From positions 2,250-66,249 of the forward strand of contig JAURCP010000007.1 in NCBI GenBank assembly GCA_030828405.1: 64,000 nucleotides of DNA, read 5' to 3'. The notes under the pieces were generated by a model. That model was not told the origin of the DNA. It searched no databases and was given only the letters and a program-made list of their open reading frames with translations. The first letter of the stretch is position 1, and each line of letters starts with the position of its first letter. This DNA is from Thermoplasmatota archaeon (lineage in GTDB: Archaea > Thermoplasmatota > Poseidoniia > Poseidoniales > Thalassarchaeaceae). Positions 19,682 to 28,820 of this stretch are shown in pieces. The translations under genes were made by a program, and so were the position numbers.

Positions 19682-19864
19682 TTATTTGCTACCCATGGAA
19701 CGATTTCTTTTGCTCCATTGATACTTACGCATACGGGATGTTTTACCATAACCACAAGACGAACATATGCCTTTCTGTTTATGGTAAGAATGACGTCCAC
19801 ATCGACGACAACGAATGTGAGTCGACTTTTGTCGCTTACCCATGCTTGGAGTACCTTTTGACAT
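19682..19864 (-). CDS. rpl37e: 50S ribosomal protein L37e
   Basis: [22 protein letters not shown]...CSSCGYG. Confidence 0.97.
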   Translation of the reverse strand: MSKGTPSMGKRQKSTHIRCRRCGRHSYHKQKGICSSCGYGKTSRMRKYQWSKRNRSMGSK

Positions 19865-19949
19865 GATAACACCTATTTGATAGCGCGGCGACTTACCGAC
19901 TTGTTATGAGAGTTACCCTTGAGGGGATTAGTCAGCATAGGCCTTATTT

Positions 19950-20291
19950 CTATTCAGGAGAATCTAATAAATCATCAAAAGGACGTCTTCTAAATGAGGC
20001 CCTCAATAAGAAATAAATGATTATAATGTACAAAAAGGGAATAATTATGAGGATTCCTAGAATACCTTCTACTAGGGAAAAACGGATAGCATCTACAATA
20101 GTTTCTACATCATCATTCAATGAGTTTATGATTAATGCAGAAATTAAAATCAAAAAACTTTGTACCGCTACTGGGATGGTTGGCTTACTGTAAGGATGTA
20201 GCGAGAATAGTTGGAAAATAATTAGAAAAAAATTCATCAACATAAAGCCACCTAATGTGTAGTAGAATATCTCTAATAATATAGAATTCAT
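19950..20291 (-). CDS. Hypothetical membrane protein (about 3 TM)
   Basis: Hydrophobic segments; overlaps the upstream ORF stop (ATGA coupling). Confidence 0.6.
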   Translation of the reverse strand: MNSILLEIFYYTLGGFMLMNFFLIIFQLFSLHPYSKPTIPVAVQSFLILISALIINSLNDDVETIVDAIRFSLVEGILGILIIIPFLYIIIIYFLLRASFRRRPFDDLLDSPE

Positions 20292-20824
20292 TTTTCCTCA
20301 ACCCCTATATTCATAGAAATTATTTTCTTAACAAAATCTTTTTCCTCTTCAGTTAATTCAGGTGCTGGATCTTCTAAAGGAATGCCATTTTCAACAAACC
20401 TAACTAATAAAATGAATAAGAATAATGATAATATTGCGCCTAATGAAGAAAATAATGCTACAAGTAAAAAATTATCTGGCAACTCATAGTATTCATAGAA
20501 TAGATAAAATGAAATTAAAATGATTATCCAACCAATAACTAACTGAGGATAACGTACTTTCCAATAAATTGGTGACCCCCGGAGTACTAGAAAACATCCT
20601 AATGAGCAAACAAAAAACCATGGAGCAAAACCATTTATAGAATCTAGTAAATTAGATTCTGGATTTTCAATAGGAGAATTGTTGAAAATTAAGAGTAAAA
20701 TCCCCACAAGGATAATTGGTAGAGAAAAATTGCTTCTTGAAAACGAAGGCCCCATTCTACCAAAAGAAATACCTATCATCAATAGTAAAATGGCTGACCA
20801 AAACAGTATGGAGCCGAGAATCAC
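20288..20824 (-). CDS. Hypothetical membrane protein (about 5 TM)
   Basis: Multiple hydrophobic segments, acidic C-terminal tail. Confidence 0.6.
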   Translation of the reverse strand: MILGSILFWSAILLLMIGISFGRMGPSFSRSNFSLPIILVGILLLIFNNSPIENPESNLLDSINGFAPWFFVCSLGCFLVLRGSPIYWKVRYPQLVIGWIIILISFYLFYEYYELPDNFLLVALFSSLGAILSLFLFILLVRFVENGIPLEDPAPELTEEEKDFVKKIISMNIGVEEK

Positions 20825-20968
20825 GCTAATCCCTAATAGTTCCTACTTCATCTATGTTTTTTAACAAAAATCACTAATTCATAGTTTCCATCTTCAAAGA
20901 TTGCGCGACAGAGTTCATATACGGGTCGTCAGTCGCCCGCATCGTCGTAAGACGCTGAGGTGCTAAAG

Positions 20969-21250
20969 ATGGTCAAGATGCCGCGTAAAGTAATGCGTTA
21001 CAGTCCTTCTGCTGGTAAGCACACAGAACACACTGTAGAGCGAGTTAAGAAAAGGCGGGCTAGTGAGTTGAAATGGGGTCAGAGAAGATTCCGTAAAGTT
21101 ACTTCTGGTTACAGAGGTTTCCCAAGACCTAAACCATCTGGTGAGAAACCAACAAAGCGTGTAAATCTAGTATTCAGATGCACTGAAACTGGTAAGGGTC
21201 ATTCCCCTGCTGGAAAGCGTGCAAAGAAATTCGAACTAATTGATAAATAA
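20969..21250 (+). CDS. rpl44e: 50S ribosomal protein L44e
   Basis: KMP..YSP...KHTEH, WGQRRF, KPTKRVNL; first gene of the conserved rpl44e-rps27e-aIF2a-nop10-PAC2 operon. Confidence 0.95.
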   Translation: MVKMPRKVMRYSPSAGKHTEHTVERVKKRRASELKWGQRRFRKVTSGYRGFPRPKPSGEKPTKRVNLVFRCTETGKGHSPAGKRAKKFELIDK

Positions 21251-21263
21251 TTGAGGGTTAATA

Positions 21264-21434
21264 ATGAGTGGAAAATTCCTACGTGTAAGTTGCACAGATT
21301 GTGGACATGAAACCATTCTATTCGACAGGGCGTCGACTTCAATCGCTTGTTCAATTTGCGGTGCTACATTAGCGAGACCCGCAGGTGGAAAGGCTGATCT
21401 TTCAGGAAGCACAGTTGTAGACGTCCTCGAATGA
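21264..21434 (+). CDS. rps27e: 30S ribosomal protein S27e (not in ORF track)
   Basis: Translated by hand: MSGKFLRVSCTDCGHETILFDRASTSIACSICGATLARPAGGKADLSGSTVVDVLE; expected synteny. Confidence 0.95.
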   Translation: MSGKFLRVSCTDCGHETILFDRASTSIACSICGATLARPAGGKADLSGSTVVDVLE

Positions 21435-21447
21435 AGGGGACAATAGA

Positions 21448-22236
21448 ATGAGTGAAGCCGAAGAAATATGGCCTGATGAAGGTGAACTCCTGGTTTGTAC
21501 TGTAAAGGGAGTCAAAGAAAACGGAGCATATCTGAATCTTGATGGATACGGAAACAAAGAAGGTTTCGTATTTATTGGAGAAGTTGCTTCTGGATGGGTA
21601 AAGAACATTAGAGCGCATTTGAGAGAAGGACAAAGAGTCGTCGCTAAAGTTGTCACAATCAAAAAGGATAGGGAGAGAGTCGATCTATCTATCAAGGCTG
21701 TATCAGCGGAAAGAAGGAAAGACACTCTACAAAAATGGAAAAATCAGCAAAGAGCAAGTCAAATTATGCGTGTTGCTGCCCAAAGGGTGGATTGGGATGA
21801 AGAGAAGACAGAAGTAATATCTGAAGAAATGATTGAAAAATTCGGATCATTATATGGAGCATTGGAAGAATGTGCAATTTCAGAAACAGCGTTATCTGAT
21901 TCGGGTTTCACTGGTAAATGGATGAAAGTAGTAACTGAATTAGCAGTTGAAAATATAGTTCCTCCGTTTGTAGAGATTAGAGGTATTTTTGATATTGAAG
22001 TTTGGGGTTCAGAAGGAGTTGGCGCAATAAGAGATGCTTTGTCTGCTGCAGAATTAGTTGTTGAAGATGAAGAAGAAGTTACTCTAACTTGCCATTATGA
22101 TGGAGCGCCACATTACAGAGTAGACATAAGAGCACCAGATTATTCATTGGCAGAATCTTCATGGGAAGCCGCAAAGAAAGCAGCTACGGAAAAAATCAAT
22201 TCCGTAGAGGGCTCAATCTCCATAGAAAGGCTATGA
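21448..22236 (+). CDS. eif2a: Translation initiation factor 2 alpha subunit
   Basis: S1 domain WPDEGELLV..GWVKNIR, GAPHYR; expected synteny. Confidence 0.95.
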   Translation: MSEAEEIWPDEGELLVCTVKGVKENGAYLNLDGYGNKEGFVFIGEVASGWVKNIRAHLREGQRVVAKVVTIKKDRERVDLSIKAVSAERRKDTLQKWKNQQRASQIMRVAAQRVDWDEEKTEVISEEMIEKFGSLYGALEECAISETALSDSGFTGKWMKVVTELAVENIVPPFVEIRGIFDIEVWGSEGVGAIRDALSAAELVVEDEEEVTLTCHYDGAPHYRVDIRAPDYSLAESSWEAAKKAATEKINSVEGSISIERL

Positions 22237-22299
22237 GTAAGGTTTTCTTAGGCATTAATTCATACACCCTCAAACATCAGGACAGCATGAGGAGTCACT

Positions 22300-22521
22300 A
22301 TGGTACGTACAAAATTACAACGATGTAATGATTGTGGAGAATACGGACTTGGAGAAATTTGTAAAAAATGTAATGGTAAAATGGAAGCTGTGGCACCGTT
22401 GAAGTATTCTCCTGAAGACTCACAAGGCGCTAGAAGAAGGCAAAGAGTTGATGCAGGTAGTGATGAATGGGTAGAATCATTACCTACTCCTCGAAAAGTG
22501 TTTGAGGATGAGGAAGAATGA
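22300..22521 (+). CDS. nop10: H/ACA RNP protein Nop10
   Basis: CxxC..Y.L...CxxC zinc ribbon, P.KYSPED. Confidence 0.9.
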   Translation: MVRTKLQRCNDCGEYGLGEICKKCNGKMEAVAPLKYSPEDSQGARRRQRVDAGSDEWVESLPTPRKVFEDEEE

Positions 22522-23279
22522 AAACAAAAATTCATTGGATTATTGGAAACGGTTTACCGGAACATTCAGCGATACTAGAAGCGGTACCTGGTGTAGGGAA
22601 TGTAGGTAAAATTGTGGTAGACGCATTAGTGGAAAAACACCCATCCAGAACTATTGGATGGATTTTACATCCTGATTTCCCACCTCATGCTACATTATCA
22701 AGTAATGGACTATTAGCACCCCCTAGGCTAGAAATTAATTCAGTACTTCTTCCAGATGGAAAAACAGTAATTACAATCGGAGGAGATTTACAACCTATGA
22801 CTGCAAACGGGCAGTATGAAGTCGCTGAAAGTATACTCGCAATGGCAAAGGAAAATAAAACTCCACAAATTCTAGTTTTAGCAGGTTTAGCAGCGGGTGC
22901 TGAAGACAGAAATATTCACGTAATATGTGCAGATTCAGGAGTTAAAAAATCATTGCAAGATATTGATATCAATGTTACTGACGAGCAGCCGGAATCTGGA
23001 ATGATAGGAATCGCAGGTTTACTTATCTCCCTCTCACCATTACATGATGTGCCTACAATTGGCCTGATAGCTGAAACAATAGGGGCGAGTGCTGACACAC
23101 TCGCTGCCGATAGATTGTCATCTTGGATCGAAGAAGGATTAGAATTACCTCTTGACCTAGATCTTGATTCAACAGAAAAGACTGCTAAAAAACTATTAGC
23201 GACTATGGAAGTTTCTGGAGATATTGATGAAATATTAAATGGGACTGAAAAACAAAATGATTCAAATTTTTACGCTTAG
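22518..23279 (+). CDS. Proteasome assembly chaperone (PAC2 family)
   Basis: PGVGNVGKI, DFPP, GDLQP, IGIAGLL; expected synteny. Confidence 0.88.
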   Translation: MKTKIHWIIGNGLPEHSAILEAVPGVGNVGKIVVDALVEKHPSRTIGWILHPDFPPHATLSSNGLLAPPRLEINSVLLPDGKTVITIGGDLQPMTANGQYEVAESILAMAKENKTPQILVLAGLAAGAEDRNIHVICADSGVKKSLQDIDINVTDEQPESGMIGIAGLLISLSPLHDVPTIGLIAETIGASADTLAADRLSSWIEEGLELPLDLDLDSTEKTAKKLLATMEVSGDIDEILNGTEKQNDSNFYA

Positions 23280-23287
23280 GTGATTTC

Positions 23288-24010
23288 ATGAAAATACTTC
23301 TTGGAAGTGGAGGAATAAGAACTGAAGAAAGAAGAAATCTTTTCTTTCATTTAATGAAGGAAAACTTTCAAGGCTGTAAGAAAGTGATATTCATACCTTA
23401 TGCCAGTGGAGATTATGTCGAGTATACAAATTCTGTAAAGGAAATGTTTAGTCATCTAGAATTTGAGATTATTGGTATACATGAGCTTGATAATCCGTCA
23501 GTAGAATTAGAAAAGATGGAAGGAATTTATGTTGGTGGCGGGAATACATTCTCATTGGTTAAAAAATTACATGAAAAAGAAATAATTGAAGTCATCAAGA
23601 GGAAAGTTCTCAATGAGGGAGTTCCATATGCAGGTGTCAGTGCAGGAGCAAATGTTGCTTGTCCAACAATGCAAACTACGAATGATATGCCTATTGATTT
23701 AGTTCCATCATTTGAAACATTTGGCATTGTACCGTTTCAAATCAATCCCCATTATCACCCAGGAGGAATCTGGTGGAAAGAGAATGATGAACTAAGAGAG
23801 CATTTCGGAGAGACTAGAAAAAGAAGAATCGAAGAATTTCATAATTTCAATGACACACCTGTAATCGGATTGTACGAAGGTTCTTTTCTAATTTGTAATG
23901 AAAATGGAATAGAACTACAAGGAAATAAAGCCGCTATAATTGTAAAGGGAACAGAAATAAAAACTATTTCTCCACATAAAAAAATGAATTATGACTTATC
24001 CACCAGATGA
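23288..24010 (+). CDS. pepE: Dipeptidase E (peptidase S51)
   Basis: FIPYA, VGGGNTF, GVSAGAN, TTNDMP, QINPHY, GETR. Confidence 0.93.
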   Translation: MKILLGSGGIRTEERRNLFFHLMKENFQGCKKVIFIPYASGDYVEYTNSVKEMFSHLEFEIIGIHELDNPSVELEKMEGIYVGGGNTFSLVKKLHEKEIIEVIKRKVLNEGVPYAGVSAGANVACPTMQTTNDMPIDLVPSFETFGIVPFQINPHYHPGGIWWKENDELREHFGETRKRRIEEFHNFNDTPVIGLYEGSFLICNENGIELQGNKAAIIVKGTEIKTISPHKKMNYDLSTR

Positions 24011-24196
24011 GACTACGATTAATTCTATCTTTATATCTTCACTAATTGTTGATGAGTGAGGAACAATTGTATCATTATACACTGCAAGAACTGTTGAAGA
24101 GGGAATATCTAATTCATTTAATATTGTAGAAATTGTTGTTGATACTTCAGACTCAAAAATTAAACTTTCATTTTCGTATACAACCTCTACACGCAT
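23996..24196 (-). CDS. Ubiquitin-like SAMP / MoaD-ThiS family protein
   Basis: 66-aa beta-grasp pattern ending in di-glycine (VSSGG). Confidence 0.85.
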   Translation of the reverse strand: MRVEVVYENESLIFESEVSTTISTILNELDIPSSTVLAVYNDTIVPHSSTISEDIKIELIVVSSGG

Positions 24197-24248
24197 GTTA
24201 CTTCGAAACGGGTCACACTTATGACCAATACGTATCTAGGAATATTTA

Positions 24249-24334
24249 GCCGAGATCGCATAGCCCGGTATTGCGATGGATTCGAAATCCATTGTCCATT
24301 GGACGCGGGGGTTCAAATCCCTCTCTCGGCGCCA
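24249..24334 (+). tRNA. tRNA-Ser (anticodon CGA), long variable arm, CCA encoded
   Basis: GCCGAGA...ATGGA-TT-CGA-AA-TCCAT, variable hairpin GTCCATTGGAC, GGTTCAAATCC, TCTCGGC-G-CCA. Confidence 0.95.
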
Positions 24335-24381
24335 CTGAGAAAATAAATCATATTCATAAGCAGAACTATTCTAGGATAGTC

Positions 24382-25074
24382 ATGCCTCAATATGAGATTA
24401 TAGATAGTGAAGAATTAAGAATGGTAAAAGTAACATTGAATGGAGATACAGTCCGTGGAGAATCAGGCGCACTTCACTATATGATTGGAAATATAGAGAT
24501 GGTAACTAAAGCTCCAAGCGTAGGAGGTTTTCTAAAGTCAATGGTATCAGGAGAATCAGTATTTAGACCAACATATACCGGTAATGGAGAAGTATATTTT
24601 GGACCACCTACATTTGGAGAATATCATATTCTAGAGTTAGATGGTAATTCAATGGTTCTAGATTCAGGAGCATATGTTTGCTCAGATGAAGGAATAGAAG
24701 TTGGTATTGTTAGAAATAAAGGCATTTCAATGTTCAGTGGAGAAGGGATATGGCAAACTACTGTTTCAGGAACTGGAACTTTGGTATATTATTCGGAGGG
24801 ACCTATTCAAGAAATTAATCTTTCAAATAGTACTCTTACAGTAGATGGTAACTTTGCTGTTGCTAGAGATGCGTCATTAAATTATCAGACAAGGATGTTA
24901 GGAAAAGGAGTTATGTCAAAAATGGCAGGTGGAGAAGGATTTGTCAATATCATATCTGGAACAGGGAAAGTATACCTTTCACCAGTTCCAAGTCGTTTCA
25001 ACAATCTTGCTGGAAGAGTGATTAATGATACCGTTACTAGAATGATTCCATTCTTTAATAGAAATAGTAATTAA
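24382..25074 (+). CDS. AIM24 family protein
   Basis: ESGAL, SGESVF, GEG repeats, GGEGFV..SGTGKV. Start moved past the tRNA. Confidence 0.85.
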   Translation: MPQYEIIDSEELRMVKVTLNGDTVRGESGALHYMIGNIEMVTKAPSVGGFLKSMVSGESVFRPTYTGNGEVYFGPPTFGEYHILELDGNSMVLDSGAYVCSDEGIEVGIVRNKGISMFSGEGIWQTTVSGTGTLVYYSEGPIQEINLSNSTLTVDGNFAVARDASLNYQTRMLGKGVMSKMAGGEGFVNIISGTGKVYLSPVPSRFNNLAGRVINDTVTRMIPFFNRNSN

Positions 25075-25077
25075 GCT

Positions 25078-26931
25078 CTAAAATGGCTTCAAATCTTCTG
25101 AACTTTTCAGAAGAACTACTCGAGCACCTGGACCAAGACGAACCTGTTTTTGGCTAGCGAATTCACCAATTTCACCATTTAAGATTGCTATTTCGTCACC
25201 TCTTGATAATCCTGCTGCGATAACAGGAATAAATTGCTTGAATGCTACAACACCAACAGAACCGCTACTGTCAACCATAGTAATCGCCCAACGAGATACT
25301 CCTTTACCATCGGGAAAGGCATTAATTGACCATATTCTACCAACTACGTTCACTCTAGTTTCTATATCAATCATTTCTGAAATCTCTTCTTCTTCAGCAA
25401 TTGTAATACTCGATTCTGAATCTAAATCTATAACTAATTCACTCCTCCAAATTGAAGTTAGTGCATTTTCAATCTTAATTCTTGCATCATTTTGAATATA
25501 TCTTGACACATTCTTTAACCCACCTTGACGATGTGTTCTTACCTTAGCTCTCTCATATCCATCAACCAATCGGAATGTTAAGTCAATACTACCATCTGAT
25601 TTGAGCGTTGGTCCATTTAACTCTCGAACTTCCCCTATTACTGTGTGACGTGTTTTGATTTCAGCCATAGAGGTAATAGGCCAAGCATGAGAAAATTTCT
25701 CAAGTCTCTTTTCCGAAGGTAATATTAATTCATAGTTACTATTTTCACATACTCCTCTAAGCTCACACCGATTACATCGCGCCTTTGGATCCGGATCAAC
25801 AGCAACTTCGGAAGGTATACCTCCCTCATCAAAATATCTTAATGGAGAAGGTTTTGCAGGAAAATCGGAGATATTTATTGTATCATTTTTGTGTAAATTT
25901 TGATATAAAATCTCTAAATCGACATTAAATTCAGACATTTCTTTTTCACTTGGTAAAGGTACTTGTTTTATCGTACCAGGACCTAAGTACCAGATCTCAA
26001 GACCCTCTACTTCGTTATTTCTAGAATGAGTTTCCCACCATAACCAAGAATAGAGTCTTAATTGTTCGATATAACCTCCTGAACGATCTCCCCGCCCTAC
26101 AGAGGCCTTCAAATCAATAATTCTGATTTTGCCGTTCCAACGATAAACTAGGTCATATTCTCCCTGGAACCAGTCATCCGGATGACAAGTAGTCTCTGAG
26201 AAACTTGAGGCATCAGGATCTACAAACCAAGGACGAGAGAGTTCCCACGCTTCAACCCATGAAATAGGTGACCCACTTTTCTGAGCACATGGATGAGGTG
26301 ATTCCCAATTCTTAGGGAAGCCATCGGGAGAAGGCCATTCAGGACGATATTGCCCACTTCTCCAAGACTCAAGGTATGGACCTCCTTGTTGATTCAAACA
26401 TTGTTCAACTTGATCTAAATGTAACTTAATACCGGCCTCAATCATTTGCATACCTTCTTCGGTTTCAATATCTTCAGATTTACCTATACGATTTGGACTT
26501 GATTCCCAATCAGAAATAGCATTTTGCCAACAATAATCAAAATGTGCCTTGACCCTAGATAAGGCCCATTCTTCTAATTCAGATCTATTTTTAGGCCAAA
26601 ACTTAGAGTCTCTGGGTTCTAATTTAGGGCCTATCCAACCTGAATCCGAATCATAAGATACAGAGCCATCCTCATTTAGTGGCGAAATAATCAAATTTCC
26701 ATCTTCAGGAGAAATTAATACTGGAGATTCACGAAGAACTCTGGAAACACAGTCTTCTACTGCGTTTCCTCGTAAAATTTGAGGAGGTAATGGACTTTTT
26801 AATTTAGGGATATAAGAATAATACCAAAGTCTAGGACAGTTATTCCAAGTAATAACTTGAGAAGCAGATAAACGCCTGTAAGGGTCCACTCCGGTTACCT
26901 CAGGATTGGCTCGCCTAACTGGCATGACCAA
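25078..26931 (-). CDS. PD-(D/E)xK nuclease (Cas4/AddB-like, 4-Cys Fe-S) fused to C-terminal OB folds
   Basis: LSASQ...CPR, GEYDLV..IIDLK, QLRLY, CNRCELRGVC; C-terminal VNVVGRIWS..ITMVDSSGSVGVVAF. Confidence 0.8.
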   Translation of the reverse strand: MVMPVRRANPEVTGVDPYRRLSASQVITWNNCPRLWYYSYIPKLKSPLPPQILRGNAVEDCVSRVLRESPVLISPEDGNLIISPLNEDGSVSYDSDSGWIGPKLEPRDSKFWPKNRSELEEWALSRVKAHFDYCWQNAISDWESSPNRIGKSEDIETEEGMQMIEAGIKLHLDQVEQCLNQQGGPYLESWRSGQYRPEWPSPDGFPKNWESPHPCAQKSGSPISWVEAWELSRPWFVDPDASSFSETTCHPDDWFQGEYDLVYRWNGKIRIIDLKASVGRGDRSGGYIEQLRLYSWLWWETHSRNNEVEGLEIWYLGPGTIKQVPLPSEKEMSEFNVDLEILYQNLHKNDTINISDFPAKPSPLRYFDEGGIPSEVAVDPDPKARCNRCELRGVCENSNYELILPSEKRLEKFSHAWPITSMAEIKTRHTVIGEVRELNGPTLKSDGSIDLTFRLVDGYERAKVRTHRQGGLKNVSRYIQNDARIKIENALTSIWRSELVIDLDSESSITIAEEEEISEMIDIETRVNVVGRIWSINAFPDGKGVSRWAITMVDSSGSVGVVAFKQFIPVIAAGLSRGDEIAILNGEIGEFASQKQVRLGPGARVVLLKSSEDLKPF

Positions 26932-26985
26932 TGACTAAAGTCAGGGGTAAATGAACTCAACGTGTAAATTGAAGAAAATGAACTA

Positions 26986-28131
26986 TCATTCTTTAGAATT
27001 TAATATTACTACAGTTAATTCCATTCTTTCAAAAGTAGGTGTGACTTCAATCATTGATACTTCTGATTCTACCATCTCCGCGATATCTTCTGCTACAACT
27101 AGAGGCATTTCTATTCGAGAATTTTTATCATCCCAATAAAGGAATCTTGAAGGCAGACCTGTTTCTTTAGTAATCTCATCTATCCAATCAGATTGTTCAG
27201 AAGGGCTACAATTTACTGCGCCGAATATCAATGTACCATCGTCAGTTAAAGTTTCATGAGGGGCGATTGTGTGCTCACCTCGACGAATAAATCGCCTTCT
27301 CAATTGCCCAGAATCTTTGTAAGTTGCAGTACAGAACTTAAGATGGAAACCGTATGGTTCTCTAGTTATACCATCCAATGGGTCTGGAATTCCAAATTGG
27401 GCCGCCATTACTCTGTCTCTCATTGATATTGATAATTCGGCAGAACCAGCAGCACCTGCAGTGATTTCAGTAGAAAGATTGAATCCTCTAAGTTCCATAT
27501 TATCATGATTTCCAACAGTAATTTCAAGTTCATTTAGATTCAGGAAATCCACATCCATTTCTCTTAAATCTTCTAATAAATTCATTAATTCTTTTTCTTT
27601 ATCTGGCTCACAAGGTAACTCAACACCGGTCAACATACCTGACTTACTACACGCAGTAATGGTTTCTCTATACTTTTCAGATTCAAGATTCAAAAAATGA
27701 AAACGGATTTCATCTAGGCCTGCTGATGCAAAATCTATAGCCCATTCAGATTTGAATGGGATACTAGTGTACATATGTAAATGAAAATCATCGCCAAACT
27801 CCTTTTTCAAAACTTTAATTCCTTCTAAAACACGTTCTCTAGCCATAACTGGATCACCTCCGGTAATTCCAGCACCGGTGGCATTCATTGCCCTAGCTTC
27901 TTCAATAACTGCGTTCCAATCGCCGATATCGACTCTTCTTTCATTAGCATACATGAAATCAATCTCTCTTCTGGTTTCAGAAAGAGGGCAATAATCACAC
28001 ATCCAATGGCAATGTCCTGTGATGAATAATACTAATTTACTACCCATTTGACACTGAATACAGCCTTCAGAATCCATTTCATTAGCCACATCCGAAGAGT
28101 TTAGATTTTGATTATTCATTACTACGGTCAT
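26986..28131 (-). CDS. Radical SAM protein (archaeal family)
   Basis: GCIQCQMG.KLVLFITG, CHWMCDYC, ITGGDP, GLDEIRFH, NLNELE; ATGA overlap with the pdxT stop. Confidence 0.88.
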   Translation of the reverse strand: MTVVMNNQNLNSSDVANEMDSEGCIQCQMGSKLVLFITGHCHWMCDYCPLSETRREIDFMYANERRVDIGDWNAVIEEARAMNATGAGITGGDPVMARERVLEGIKVLKKEFGDDFHLHMYTSIPFKSEWAIDFASAGLDEIRFHFLNLESEKYRETITACSKSGMLTGVELPCEPDKEKELMNLLEDLREMDVDFLNLNELEITVGNHDNMELRGFNLSTEITAGAAGSAELSISMRDRVMAAQFGIPDPLDGITREPYGFHLKFCTATYKDSGQLRRRFIRRGEHTIAPHETLTDDGTLIFGAVNCSPSEQSDWIDEITKETGLPSRFLYWDDKNSRIEMPLVVAEDIAEMVESEVSMIEVTPTFERMELTVVILNSKE

Positions 28132-28730
28132 GAGGACACCTCTAATGCTTCGGTAAGCAACCATTTATGAAATCCAAAGTCGCTAGACAATTCAGGATGG
28201 AAAGTTAGTGCAACTCTATTATTGGTTCTGACACCCACTACTTCTTCACCAAGTAATGCTACTGGAGTAGATTTCTCTCCTAAATTCATAAACCTTGGTG
28301 CTCGAATAAATACTCCGGGGAAATCTCTAGAAAGAAGAGATGTGGTGATGATAGATTGAAATGAATTAGACTGATTACCAAAAGCATTCCTAGAAATATT
28401 TGCGTCGACTATTTTCTCACCATCATCTTGAGGATCTGAAAGTAAAATAGCACCGGCACAAGTCCCTAAAACTGGTAAATTGGGATTTTTTCTAATCCAT
28501 TCAAATAATGTAGGGAATAATTGAGAATTAAGACTATTTCCTACAAGTCTCATTGTAGTAGATTCTCCACCGGGTAGTATAATTGCATGTGGTTTACATT
28601 GAATTAAATCATTCTTATTTCTTAGCTCAAATATTTCAATTTCTAATTGAAGTTCCTCAGCCACAGTATTTAGTGCTTTGAGATGAGCATGTCGAGCACC
28701 CTGGAGCATCACTAGCCCGATACGCAACAT
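28128..28730 (-). CDS. pdxT: PLP synthase glutaminase subunit
   Basis: LQG, LPGGESTT, GTCAG, RNAFG.Q, FIRAP, FHPEL. Confidence 0.93.
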   Translation of the reverse strand: MLRIGLVMLQGARHAHLKALNTVAEELQLEIEIFELRNKNDLIQCKPHAIILPGGESTTMRLVGNSLNSQLFPTLFEWIRKNPNLPVLGTCAGAILLSDPQDDGEKIVDANISRNAFGNQSNSFQSIITTSLLSRDFPGVFIRAPRFMNLGEKSTPVALLGEEVVGVRTNNRVALTFHPELSSDFGFHKWLLTEALEVSS

Positions 28731-28820
28731 ATACTGTCGTCCAGACACTCTAACATGAACCCAACCCTTGAACAATAGAGCAGCCGATGCCATCAAAGAC
28801 TTGTACCCATACCGACATAT

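Noticed and set aside
24271-24381. N-terminal extension of the AIM24 ORF
   Set aside because: Reads through tRNA-Ser; the true start is ATG 24382
25078-26931. Possible CRISPR adaptation locus or casposon suggested by the Cas4-like gene near tRNA-Ser
   Set aside because: No repeat-spacer array, cas1, integrase or duplicated tRNA 3' end (att site) was seen; the neighbours are housekeeping genes
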